64,000 bases of DNA from a virus. The stretch lies in the IMG/VR virus record IMGVR_UViG_3300025162_000046, positions 1-64,000 of that record; one strand, written 5' to 3'. Shown piece after piece: positions 18,149-27,029 of this stretch (position 1 is the stretch's first letter; each line of letters begins with the position of its first letter). The translations under genes were made by a program, and so were the position numbers. The notes below the pieces were generated by a model that saw only the letters and a list, made by a program, of their open reading frames with translations, was not told the origin of the DNA and searched no databases.

Positions 18149-20221
18149 ATGGCATTTGCGTTTGGGGGCCTAAATGTGGCCTCAACAAAGAAAAGCCTTG
18201 CGGCAGAACTGATTCAAGATATTGTTCAAATCGAACACACCTCCGATAAAGGCCCCTATATTCTTGTGCTGCTTGATGAGTTCTACTACCCCGACAAATT
18301 AAAGAAGATCTCTATCTTTCTTGAACGCAACGGAATACGGAATTATCGAGCGGTCAACGCGTTGAATTGTATCATTCCTAAAGAAGACCTTAAAGGAGAA
18401 CTTTCTCGATTCTATCGGATCAATCAATCCAAGTGGCGACAATACGCCGACGGCGCAAAAGGGGTTATCGCGGTTGGGGCCGCCCTCTATGCTATCAATC
18501 AAAGCGCGGACTTGATGACCTTTGCTTTTTATGATATTATGTTTAACAAGCCCTACTTCTGGTCCCCCGATGCGGGCACTTGGGTATTTCCTATTGATAC
18601 CTTCCAAGACATCTTCGCCCCTATTCAGCAACAGCACGGTGATAGCCATATGGAAAATCCAGGCCCTGTTAATACTTACAAAACACATTTTGCGGAGTAT
18701 CAGTTCAAGCAGATCACCTCTCTCCGCCTCCACCCCATAGTAGCCGAGAAACCCATTCTTATTAAGATAGAAAGCGTAGAAGCATTCAAAGAATTTGCCA
18801 AGCAGCACATGAATGAAGAAATACTAAGCACCGATCTTGAAACCTCAGGTCTTGATTTTATGAAATGTCGTATTGGGTGTATCACCTTTTCATTTGATGG
18901 AAAGACTGGTTATTTTGTCCCTTGGAAATTCGTAGACAAGCCTCTTCTCGATCGGATGTTCACCACTGCCAAAATAGTCGTCGGGGCCAATTTTAAATTC
19001 GATGTTAGATTCCTCTGGCACAATGGAATCCCGGCCGCTCGAGTTGATGAGGACACCGTTCAGATGGGGCATCTCATGAATGAGCAGCGCCTCAACGGCT
19101 TGAAGCCTTCTGCGTATTACTACACCCCATTTGGAGGGTATGATAGAGAACTTGATCGCTACCGAGAGAAAACCGGCATAGATGATTTCACTCTTATTCC
19201 TGAGCACATTCTATTTCCCTATGCTACGATGGATGCGATTGTCACCTATCTCGTATATGTGGCCCTATTGGAACAGATGCGCTATGTCGACAAGACAATG
19301 CCTAATGAGAAAGATCCTTCGTGGACAATAGAAAGATACTACCGAGAGATCATGATGCCTGCGGTCAACGCCTTCGCGGAAATAGAATATCGGGGAGTCT
19401 ATGTCAATCGCGAACTTCTCGCTCAATCACGACTCGCAATGCAAGTTGAGATTCAAGAGATTGAAAATGAACTCGCCGCGAAATGGAATGTGGGAGGGAA
19501 TTTTGATTTCAATAGCGCGAATCAGTTGGGCAAACTTTTTGAGCGCTTGGGCTTTGAAGAACTCGGCAGGGCAAAGAATGGTGATTACAAAACTTCGGAT
19601 GCTAGCCTTGAACGCTGGGCTAAAAGAGGCCATCCTGAGATTTCTCGGCTTCAAAGACTACGCACGCTCAATACTCTATTGAAAACCTTTATCAGCAAAG
19701 ATGAAGAGTCGGAGAAAGGGTGGGAGAGTTATGTCAGACAGCATGAAGATGGTAGTTGGAGAATGCATCCTACCTTCAATGTCATGCGCACTGAATCGGG
19801 CCGCTGTAAATCAGACTCCCCTAACATGCAGAATGTTCCGGCAGGGCATGGTGCTAACGGAGACTTGGCCTCCTTAGTAAAAAAATGTATAACTACTCCT
19901 GACCCCGAGGAATACTATCTCAGCACTCTGGATTACGCATCGCTTCAAATGCGTCTTGCTGCAATCGACACTAATTTAAACGACGGCGGCAGGGATAAAA
20001 ACCTTTACAACATCTATCTCGATCCTAAAATGGGTGGGGATATGCATAGTCGCACAGGCTTCGGCGTATTTGCAGAAGGCCGAGATTTCGATTTAGAAAT
20101 AATAGAAATTGAAGAAGACGGAAAACCCTCGAAGACCTTTTTCGGGGGGGAGTTCGTCAAGACTAAGAATAGAGGGGAGATACAAGCAAGAAACCTATCA
20201 CCTTCTGATGTTTTATTTTAA
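18149..20221 (+). CDS. polA: Family A DNA polymerase, N-terminal fragment (UDG-like domain, 3'-5' exonuclease, palm through motif A)
   Basis: Exo I DLETSG, Exo II NFKFD, Exo III YATMD; TESGR...PNMQNVP; motif A LDYASLQMR; DMHSRT. Motifs B and C are absent. Confidence 0.9.
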   Translation: MAFAFGGLNVASTKKSLAAELIQDIVQIEHTSDKGPYILVLLDEFYYPDKLKKISIFLERNGIRNYRAVNALNCIIPKEDLKGELSRFYRINQSKWRQYADGAKGVIAVGAALYAINQSADLMTFAFYDIMFNKPYFWSPDAGTWVFPIDTFQDIFAPIQQQHGDSHMENPGPVNTYKTHFAEYQFKQITSLRLHPIVAEKPILIKIESVEAFKEFAKQHMNEEILSTDLETSGLDFMKCRIGCITFSFDGKTGYFVPWKFVDKPLLDRMFTTAKIVVGANFKFDVRFLWHNGIPAARVDEDTVQMGHLMNEQRLNGLKPSAYYYTPFGGYDRELDRYREKTGIDDFTLIPEHILFPYATMDAIVTYLVYVALLEQMRYVDKTMPNEKDPSWTIERYYREIMMPAVNAFAEIEYRGVYVNRELLAQSRLAMQVEIQEIENELAAKWNVGGNFDFNSANQLGKLFERLGFEELGRAKNGDYKTSDASLERWAKRGHPEISRLQRLRTLNTLLKTFISKDEESEKGWESYVRQHEDGSWRMHPTFNVMRTESGRCKSDSPNMQNVPAGHGANGDLASLVKKCITTPDPEEYYLSTLDYASLQMRLAAIDTNLNDGGRDKNLYNIYLDPKMGGDMHSRTGFGVFAEGRDFDLEIIEIEEDGKPSKTFFGGEFVKTKNRGEIQARNLSPSDVLF

Positions 20222-20233
20222 GGGGGCTCTTCA

Positions 20234-20629
20234 ATGCCGGTGAATGGAGTTTACAAGATACTGATTGTTGACGATAGCGTATCTATCGTAACTCTAATAC
20301 AACAAATTTTTAGCCGAAGACCTCAATTCTCAACCATCGTCGCCTATGATGCAGAAACGGCTATTACCCTTATTGGCTTAGAAGATCCAGATGTTGTTCT
20401 GTTGGATTTAAGTCTTCCTCAGATAGACGGGATTAAGGCATGTCGCCAAATCAAAAAGGCGCACCCATTGTTACCAATTCTTGTTATCACAGGAGAACTA
20501 GGACGCTTTTCTAGTGAGCAGGCTCATGAGGCCGGCGCTGACGATTTTATTTCCAAGCCCTTTAATAACGAGCAACTCGTATCGCATGTCAAACATTATT
20601 TACATCTAACATCACTTAATGTAACTTAG
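20234..20629 (+). CDS. Single-domain response regulator (CheY-like receiver)
   Basis: ILIVDD, phospho-acceptor LLDLSLPQIDG, ITG, GADDFISKPF. Confidence 0.93.
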   Translation: MPVNGVYKILIVDDSVSIVTLIQQIFSRRPQFSTIVAYDAETAITLIGLEDPDVVLLDLSLPQIDGIKACRQIKKAHPLLPILVITGELGRFSSEQAHEAGADDFISKPFNNEQLVSHVKHYLHLTSLNVT

Positions 20630-21111
20630 ACAGCGAGACTTTTCAGAGTAGAAGATCCGTAAATTCCTCCGCCTACATCATCTATTTGCTGTGATAGAAA
20701 CATAGAGATCTGATCGATAGTATTAGATGCCCCGGATGTCAAAGTTACGATGCCTTCAAGTGTTCGACGGACCTGATTATAAATCAATTGTTTCTGACCT
20801 TCAAGATCATTGATCACTTCCCCCATTTCTTGTAATTGCTTGGAGTCCGTTTGCATCTTATCCGGAGAGAATGTCGGAGCGGTCGGCGTTATGCCAGGGA
20901 ATGTCATCGGCGATGGATGGAAATCGTTATTCGCAGAATATTGTTTGACTATTTCAACATACTTCTGTTTCATTTGAATGAGATCGAGACCCACGCCCTC
21001 ATATTGCTGCATAAGTTGTGAGAGCGTTTGGACATAGGCATTTTGATCCTGGAATTTGGTTTTAATATCCTGTGTAAGATTGCTTATGATTTGTTGCGAG
21101 CGCTGATCCAT
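20626..21111 (-). CDS. Hypothetical coiled-coil protein
   Basis: 161-aa ORF, translationally coupled to the upstream gene. Confidence 0.7.
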   Translation of the reverse strand: MDQRSQQIISNLTQDIKTKFQDQNAYVQTLSQLMQQYEGVGLDLIQMKQKYVEIVKQYSANNDFHPSPMTFPGITPTAPTFSPDKMQTDSKQLQEMGEVINDLEGQKQLIYNQVRRTLEGIVTLTSGASNTIDQISMFLSQQIDDVGGGIYGSSTLKSLAV

Positions 21112-21839
21112 TATTCGTCTCCTATCTTTATAGCATTAGGCCCCGGTTTTCCCGACTCACAGTGAGGGCACACATCACCAAGATAAGGCTCATAGCACAA
21201 AGGACATAACTTGGCTTTTGGATTTTCAAATAACTCGTCCTCTGATAGCATATCTTCCGCTGACATTTCAACAAGAGAAATTCGTGTTCCTCGGGGATAT
21301 CTGACGCCTTCAATCATTTCGGGCTGTTGAAGAACGATCTCACCCGGCTGAGGTGGCTGGGCGCTAGATTGATCAATTGGTCCCACTACTGACGGCTCCA
21401 TTTGAGAATAGACTTGTTGGTGACGGGGGAACTCAGAAGCCGGCTGTTCAAGAGATTCGAGATGAACATCAGACGCTGATTCTATTTTTGACAGGTCTTT
21501 TTTGTGATACTCTGTGTTTGTTTTGTTGGCATCAGTGCTGGGTGGTGTATGCGAGTTATTGGGATCATTGCGCGTTCCGGGGTCATTGAACATATAAAAA
21601 TCCCCATAGATAGAGGCAAGCGGATGTTCGTTAGCCTGAGAAGTATCGTTTAAGTCCCCGCGAATATCAGTAACATTACCAGGAATACCATCATAGCCGT
21701 CTTGTTTAAGGTCGTCATCACCGCCTCCATCAAACCCAAAATTGAAGTCATACATATTATGATCTTTGGGTGGCTGGAACCCCGTATCAGTGAAAAACTG
21801 GGCTATGGTGTTTTCTCGCACGCGTTTCATCAAGGGCAC
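21111..21839 (-). CDS. Hypothetical acidic protein with C-terminal CxxC...CxxC zinc ribbon
   Basis: 242 aa; CPLC...CPHC; ACTAATTA on the minus strand at 21877-21884. Confidence 0.7.
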   Translation of the reverse strand: MPLMKRVRENTIAQFFTDTGFQPPKDHNMYDFNFGFDGGGDDDLKQDGYDGIPGNVTDIRGDLNDTSQANEHPLASIYGDFYMFNDPGTRNDPNNSHTPPSTDANKTNTEYHKKDLSKIESASDVHLESLEQPASEFPRHQQVYSQMEPSVVGPIDQSSAQPPQPGEIVLQQPEMIEGVRYPRGTRISLVEMSAEDMLSEDELFENPKAKLCPLCYEPYLGDVCPHCESGKPGPNAIKIGDE

Positions 21840-21895
21840 CTCTTATATTACAAAGGAAGAAGATTCATTATACACCTAATTAGTGGAAAGGAGTA

Positions 21896-22237
21896 ATGCC
21901 TGTGCAAGAATTGGACAAAGCATTTGTGGCTAAGAACAAAAAGGCGCTTCTTGAAGAGATAGCAATCCAGTTATCTCGCGCAAGAGAGATGATTGATAAC
22001 GCCTCCGTAAATAGTGAGGCCATTGCGGGCGCTTTTGCGGGAGTATGTTCTTGCGTAGGAAGTATTGATGGTTTTTTCAAGCAGTATATGCTCCTTCGCA
22101 AAGGAGAAATCACTCAACAACGAATGATAGGTTTTGGGGCGTTTGATGATGATGACACAGAATTCGGCCCCGAAGATGAGAGTGATAGCGAGCAAAAAGA
22201 CCTCGCGCCAGCAAAGAAAAAGAGTCCAAAAAAGTGA
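21896..22237 (+). CDS. Hypothetical protein
   Basis: 113 aa with AAGGAG RBS. Confidence 0.7.
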   Translation: MPVQELDKAFVAKNKKALLEEIAIQLSRAREMIDNASVNSEAIAGAFAGVCSCVGSIDGFFKQYMLLRKGEITQQRMIGFGAFDDDDTEFGPEDESDSEQKDLAPAKKKSPKK

Positions 22238-22277
22238 AAAGACTACTAACTAGGTTCCTAGGAGGAACAGCACAGAT

Positions 22278-23399
22278 ATGATTTTCCACCAAAATATTTC
22301 CCGCGATTTATTCTCCCAAAAGTATATGATAAACGGGGAAACCACCCCGGATCAGGTATTCCACGATATAGCAGTAGAAATCTCTCGACCCGAAAAACCC
22401 GGAATTCGCCTTAGAGTTCAAAATGAGTTTGAGTCGATTATGACCGAGGGTTACTTTATTCCTGGCGGCCGAATTTTGGCTAACGCACGCACTTACGGGC
22501 ATCTAAAATCGCGAAACTATAATAATTGCTTTACTATTAACATTGAAGATAACATGGAAGGCATCTATATGTCCGTGTATGAAGATGCCATGATCAGCCG
22601 TATGGGTGGTGGAGTGGGGTTCAATGTATCTAAATTGAGACCCAAGGGAAGCAAAACTACCAATGGCGGCGAAGCATCAGGCCCCGTCTCTTTCCTTCGT
22701 GTGTTCGACGCATCCGCCAAAACCATAAGCAGCGGTGGGGCACGGCGCTCAGCGCATATTGCTCTTCTGGATATTTCTCACCCGGACATCGAAGAGTTCA
22801 TTACCGTCAAGCAAGGGGACAAAGATAAAAAACTTTCTCAATTCAACATCTCTGTAATCATCACCGATGCTTTTATGAAGGCGGTGAGTGAAGATGCTGA
22901 TTGGGATTTGGTATTCGAAGGAAAAGTTTACAGAACTCTAAAAGCCCGAAAATTATACGAGACACTCGCTAAGAATGCCTATGAGCACAACGACCCGGGC
23001 GTTTTCTTTGTTGACACCGTTCAACGAGATAATAATGCTTGGTGGGCATTTGTTATGGATGCGTGTAATCCCTGCGTCGCAGGAGCGACTCAGGTAGAAT
23101 TCAGAATCGGAGACAGTCCCCCTCACAGTATCGCCATACAGGACCTAGCAGAAATCTACAAGGGGCTAAAATCTGGTCAGTACATCTACGTAAAGTCCTA
23201 CGATGAGAAGACCCAACAAGTTGTTTGGAAGATGTTGCAAGGAGCAAACCTCACTAAGAAGGACACTGAGCTGCTTCAGATCACCGATACAGAAACTGGG
23301 AAGGTTATTCGCTGCACCCCGGATCATAAGATTCTTACGAAGCGAGGTTGGGTCGAGGCTCAGGCTCTCGAGGCTGATGACCAGATTATCCAGGCGTAA
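22278..23399 (+). CDS. nrdJ: Class II ribonucleotide reductase, N-terminal fragment fused to split intein N-half
   Basis: PGGRIL, NCF, GGGVG, SGPVSF, GGARR, HPDIEEFI, NISV, then ...ACNP/CVAGAT intein start. Confidence 0.93.
   Translation: MIFHQNISRDLFSQKYMINGETTPDQVFHDIAVEISRPEKPGIRLRVQNEFESIMTEGYFIPGGRILANARTYGHLKSRNYNNCFTINIEDNMEGIYMSVYEDAMISRMGGGVGFNVSKLRPKGSKTTNGGEASGPVSFLRVFDASAKTISSGGARRSAHIALLDISHPDIEEFITVKQGDKDKKLSQFNISVIITDAFMKAVSEDADWDLVFEGKVYRTLKARKLYETLAKNAYEHNDPGVFFVDTVQRDNNAWWAFVMDACNPCVAGATQVEFRIGDSPPHSIAIQDLAEIYKGLKSGQYIYVKSYDEKTQQVVWKMLQGANLTKKDTELLQITDTETGKVIRCTPDHKILTKRGWVEAQALEADDQIIQA
23073..23396 (+). mobile_element. Split intein N-fragment (108 aa) of NrdJ
   Basis: CVAGATQV... 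block A; IRCTPDHKILTKRGWVEAQALEADD block B, followed by a stop. Confidence 0.92.
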
Positions 23400-23656
23400 G
23401 CAACATCAACTCACAGAGATCAAGGGCTGCATCGAGAGAGGTATCCTCGGATCTAGCTTTCAGGAGATATCAATCGAAGCTCCAAAAGATGTGTGAGACT
23501 ATTATGAACCGGCAAGCAATAGGCTTTCCAGAATTAATAAGAGATATAGATAGGATAGTGAAAGAAGAAAAGGAGAGAGGCTTGATACCAAGAACGTTTG
23601 GATTGAGTAGACAGTCCATAGATAAATATAGAGTACGGGAGGTATTCGAGTGTTAA
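23400..23656 (+). pseudogene. Probable remnant of a deleted gene (homing endonuclease?) between the intein halves
   Basis: Start-less open frame ...MCETIMNRQAIGFPELIRDIDRIVKEEKERGLIPRTFGLSRQSIDKYRVREVFEC* that overlaps the IntC start, in the position occupied by the endonuclease in the SbcC locus. Confidence 0.4.
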
Positions 23657-23751
23657 CCATTGAGAAGGTTCGTAATGAAGATGTGTACGATCTATCCGTC
23701 GAAGGAACTCATAATTTCTTCGGCAATGGAATGGTTGTACATAACTGTGGT
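23650..23751 (+). CDS. nrdJ: NrdJ C-terminal part, exon 1: split intein C-fragment (32 aa) plus Cys-Gly
   Basis: GGGAGG RBS, GTG 23650; MLTIEKVRNEDVYDLSVEGTHNFFGNGMVVHN/CG. Too short for the ORF track. Confidence 0.92.
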
Positions 23752-23986
23752 GGAATTTAGCGCCTCAGTATAATCACAGGGTGAATTGCTGGAAAGCTAA
23801 GCGGAAGTAAGCTAATCAGCAGCCAAGCGCGGTAGGGATACCGCGAAGGTTCAGAGACTAACAGCCGAGTCCAGATCGGACAGTAATGCTGACACGAGCG
23901 CCCTGCTCACGAAAGTGATGAAGATATAGTCCGATACTCCAGTGAAAATTGGAGAGCTATGATAAAGAGCATAGCAATAACAGATG
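23752..23986 (+). ncRNA. Group I self-splicing intron (235 nt, no ORF)
   Basis: 5' exon ends in U and the intron ends in G. P AATTGCTGGAAA (23784), Q AATCAGCAG (23814), R GTTCAGAGACTA (23849), S AAGATATAGTCC (23921). P3 CAGGG/CCCTG, P7 GACTA/TAGTC. P10 GGAATTT pairs with 3' exon AAATTCC. Removal restores CG-EIPMP in frame. Confidence 0.93.
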
Positions 23987-25453
23987 GAAATTCCCATGCC
24001 CGCATATAGCCTCTGTTGCCTCGGTGCACTCAATCTAACAAAATTCATAATAGATCCCTTCACACCTGTTGCGCGTTTTCATTTTCAAAAAATGGCAGAG
24101 ATTGTGAAGACCGCCGTCAGGCTATTAGATAATACGCTTGACGCAACACAATACCCTCTTGAACGCATAGAGACTTTCTCAAAACAATGGCGCCGCATTG
24201 GTCTTGGTTTTACTGGCCTAGGTGATGCGCTTGCTATGCTTGGAATGAAGTATGGAGATGAGAGCAGTGTCGCGTTTTGCGAGATCTTTGGTCGTTCTCT
24301 TCGTGATGCTTCCTATCGAGCATCGGTTGAACTGGCGAAAGAGAAAGGTATGGCTCCTGGGCTTAAATCCGGCTTCTTCAAAAACAAACCTGATCCGCGC
24401 CTTACCTTAGGCGACTTCATTACCAAGATGCCGTTCGATCTTAGGAGAGATATTGGCAAATATGGCCTTCGCAACATAGGACTCAATACCGCAGCACCAA
24501 CCGGCACCATCTCTTTAACCGTTGGAAACAATTGCTCATCGGGGATTGAGCCGATCTTTGAGTATCAATTTACCCGTAATATTCGCACCGGAACCGGAGA
24601 TGAGACGAAGCCCGAGATAGTGCGTGACTACGCTTGTCTTATTTGGGAACAAAACCATCCCGGCGAGCCGCTTCCCACTTACTTTGTTACTGCGTTGGAG
24701 TTGGAGCCTCGCAAGGCGATTGATATCCAGGCGGCAATTCAAAAATATATAGATCATAGCATCTCAAAAACTTTTAATTTCGATGGTAAAAAATTGGGGT
24801 TTGAGGAATATAAAGATCTATTTACTTATGGTTATAAATCGGGCTTGAAGGGATATACTAGTTTTAATATTTCTGGTAGTATGAAAGGTGTTCTTGAATC
24901 AAGAGCACAGCCTAGTGAAGATAAACTAGATTCCTTTGTTCTTAGATCTAATGCTCCTAAACGCCCGAATGAACTGCCGTGCGACATACACTATGTCCAT
25001 GCTAACGGGCAGGACTTTATTGTTCTCGCTGGCCTACTCAACGGATCGATTTATGAGATTTTCGTTGATGAGCAGAATGGCCATGATTTCGGTTCTCTCA
25101 AATCCGGCAAGATCATCAAAAAAGGAAAAGGAGAGTATTCTCTCATAGACCCCGAAGGAAAAATGTTGGTTGAAGGGCTATCAAAAAACTTCAATGGAAC
25201 TTGGGGGTCTCTTGCGAGGATGATTTCTATGTCGTTGCGACACGGAGTTCCCCTCCAATTTATCATTGACCAGTTACAGCGCTCAAAAGAATTCTTGGGG
25301 TTTGAGAAGGCGGTATCTCGCGTGCTCAAACACTATATGAAAGAAGGCGAGGTATATGAATCGAAGGATAAATGTTCAAAATGTGGTGGTAAGCTAATAT
25401 TCCAAGAAGGCTGTTATGTTTGTAAATCGTGCGGCAATTCGGCCTGTACTTAG
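23987..25453 (+). CDS. nrdJ: NrdJ C-terminal part, exon 2
   Basis: EIPMPAYSLCCLGALNL, RRIGLGFTGLGD, APTGTIS, SSGIEP, C-terminal TSCPD-like region and CSKC...CYVCKSC zinc ribbon. Confidence 0.93.
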   Translation, partial: EIPMPAYSLCCLGALNLTKFIIDPFTPVARFHFQKMAEIVKTAVRLLDNTLDATQYPLERIETFSKQWRRIGLGFTGLGDALAMLGMKYGDESSVAFCEIFGRSLRDASYRASVELAKEKGMAPGLKSGFFKNKPDPRLTLGDFITKMPFDLRRDIGKYGLRNIGLNTAAPTGTISLTVGNNCSSGIEPIFEYQFTRNIRTGTGDETKPEIVRDYACLIWEQNHPGEPLPTYFVTALELEPRKAIDIQAAIQKYIDHSISKTFNFDGKKLGFEEYKDLFTYGYKSGLKGYTSFNISGSMKGVLESRAQPSEDKLDSFVLRSNAPKRPNELPCDIHYVHANGQDFIVLAGLLNGSIYEIFVDEQNGHDFGSLKSGKIIKKGKGEYSLIDPEGKMLVEGLSKNFNGTWGSLARMISMSLRHGVPLQFIIDQLQRSKEFLGFEKAVSRVLKHYMKEGEVYESKDKCSKCGGKLIFQEGCYVCKSCGNSACT

Positions 25454-25590
25454 ACCCCCGCACTCACCTAACTGCCCGAGAGATTTGGGATTATGATGAG
25501 AGAAGAATCAAAGAATTAGAAGTCTTAGGGTATCAAGTTCAAATTGTTTGGGAATGTGAGAGACCCAAACCCAGCCGAACGACTAATTAG
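25454..25590 (+). pseudogene. C-terminal remnant of a Vsr-like homing endonuclease
   Basis: Start-less frame LTAREIWDYDERRIKELEVLGYQVQIVWECE matches the Vsr-type D..R...L...GY.V..VWE motif. Confidence 0.7.
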
Positions 25591-25604
25591 CAAGAGGGGC
25601 TAAC

Positions 25605-26024
25605 ATGCGGGAATCTGAACAATTTGATGACCTCACTACCACAGATGAGGATATGCCTTCTCCTGAAACCACCTCAATGACTCTCGAAGATTACTTTGCC
25701 GGTGAGGATCCTGAGTTCAAACCCATTCTTCCCAAGGATGACGGCGTAGGCCAACTCCTACACGATAATATTGAAAATGATCTTGTGGAAGCGGATAGGC
25801 CTAGAATGGATGACAGGGAGAACACTTGCCCTCGTTGTGGAAGCGAAGAAATAGACTATGATGATGGCGCAGGCAACCCAAAATGTTATACGATAGAATC
25901 TCCTAAAAAATACCGCGGGGAACTTGTTGCGGAAGAGGATGTTCTTTTTGAGGAGAGCACCAAAAACACTGAGAACACGTATTCATTTTACGGAGTAGAT
26001 AGTTATTTATTGCCAAAAGGCTAA
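25605..26024 (+). CDS. Hypothetical acidic protein
   Basis: 139 aa; ACTAATTA at 25582; CPRC motif. Confidence 0.7.
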   Translation: MRESEQFDDLTTTDEDMPSPETTSMTLEDYFAGEDPEFKPILPKDDGVGQLLHDNIENDLVEADRPRMDDRENTCPRCGSEEIDYDDGAGNPKCYTIESPKKYRGELVAEEDVLFEESTKNTENTYSFYGVDSYLLPKG

Positions 26025-26035
26025 TCTCTTTTCTA

Positions 26036-26066
26036 AAAGCCCCGGACACATTCTGGGGCTTTCTTT
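26036..26066 (+). terminator. Rho-independent terminator
   Basis: AAAGCCCCGG-acacatt-CTGGGGCTTT followed by CTTT. Confidence 0.7.
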
Positions 26067-26100
26067 ATGTTAGAAGGTATATTAATGGTGGAGGTCCTGT

Positions 26101-26493
26101 ATGGAAATCGTATCTATAATCCTTCGCTTGAAAAATCAAGAAATCAAAGTCACTGTCGAGGAGGCGAAAGAACTCCTCGGCCAACTCTCCTCAGTTTTCG
26201 AGGGTGAGAAACCCCTCATTCAAAAAGAGTTCGTAGGAATTCCATACGGAATTCCGTATCCAGTTTACTCTCCACCCGCCTACCCGAAGCCGTGGTGGGA
26301 ACCCATTGTCGTTTATAGCAACGGAGACACTGGCAATATCAGTTGGAAAGATAATACCCGTTTAATTACTAGTGGAACAACTGGTGAGATGCTTGATTCC
26401 ATCACGTATCAAGAGAATATGTCTTGGTCCACAGGTGCTGCGTTTCCTCAAAGGTCAGAGGAGATGCGAGGAACAAACACAATTAGCATTTAA
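26101..26493 (+). CDS. Hypothetical protein
   Basis: 130 aa, GGAGG RBS, TATATTA at 26078. Confidence 0.7.
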   Translation: MEIVSIILRLKNQEIKVTVEEAKELLGQLSSVFEGEKPLIQKEFVGIPYGIPYPVYSPPAYPKPWWEPIVVYSNGDTGNISWKDNTRLITSGTTGEMLDSITYQENMSWSTGAAFPQRSEEMRGTNTISI

Positions 26494-26512
26494 GTTTAAA
26501 AGAGGAGAGGGA

Positions 26513-26851
26513 ATGGAAATTTCAGATGCCCAGTTTAAGGAGAGCGTCTATGATTATGATGCCGGAGAAATCCGAGCATCGCGGCCTGTGTTAGTCGATT
26601 TGTTTACGGACTGGTGCCAGAATTGTAAATCGTTTTTGCCGACTTTGGAAAAAGCGGCGCAGAAGTTCGAAGGTATGATCGATGTTGTGAAAGTCAATAT
26701 CACAAAATCCGACGCGCTTACCCGCGCAATGGATATTCAAGGTGTTCCCACTCTTCTTTTTTTACGACCGGAGACTAAGAGTAAACAAACTATGGTCGGT
26801 GCCGCTTCCAGCGCTTCGGTGGAAAAAGCCATTACAGAGTATCTTTTATAA
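26513..26851 (+). CDS. Thioredoxin
   Basis: VLVDLFTDWCQNCK, VKVNI, IQGVPTL; ATG 26513 with GAGGAGAGG RBS. Confidence 0.9.
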   Translation: MEISDAQFKESVYDYDAGEIRASRPVLVDLFTDWCQNCKSFLPTLEKAAQKFEGMIDVVKVNITKSDALTRAMDIQGVPTLLFLRPETKSKQTMVGAASSASVEKAITEYLL

Positions 26852-26864
26852 GGAGGAAAGCCAT

Positions 26865-27026
26865 ATGGCAGACACGAATAATAAACCTAAGCCCACCCTA
26901 AATGGGGAGCCGGTAACACAAGAGCAACTTCGAGAGGAAAAAGAAAAGTTGCCGAACAATGAAAGGATTGTCGAAGTAGCAGACAAACCGAATGAGTTTC
27001 GTAAAGTCCATCGTATCCAAGGATAA
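26865..27026 (+). CDS. Small hypothetical protein (53 aa)
   Basis: AAGGAGG RBS before ATG 26865; MADTNNKPKPTLNGEPVT... Confidence 0.7.
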   Translation: MADTNNKPKPTLNGEPVTQEQLREEKEKLPNNERIVEVADKPNEFRKVHRIQG

Positions 27027-27029
27027 CTG

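Noticed and set aside
23203-23496. 97-aa alternate-frame ORF suggesting a frameshifted contiguous intein
   Set aside because: IntN ends cleanly at a typical length and IntC has its own SD and GTG, so a true split intein is the simpler explanation.
23984-23986. ATG start called by the ORF track for the nrdJ C-terminal part
   Set aside because: It is the last three nt of the group I intron (terminal G). It has no well-spaced SD and would omit the catalytic Cys.
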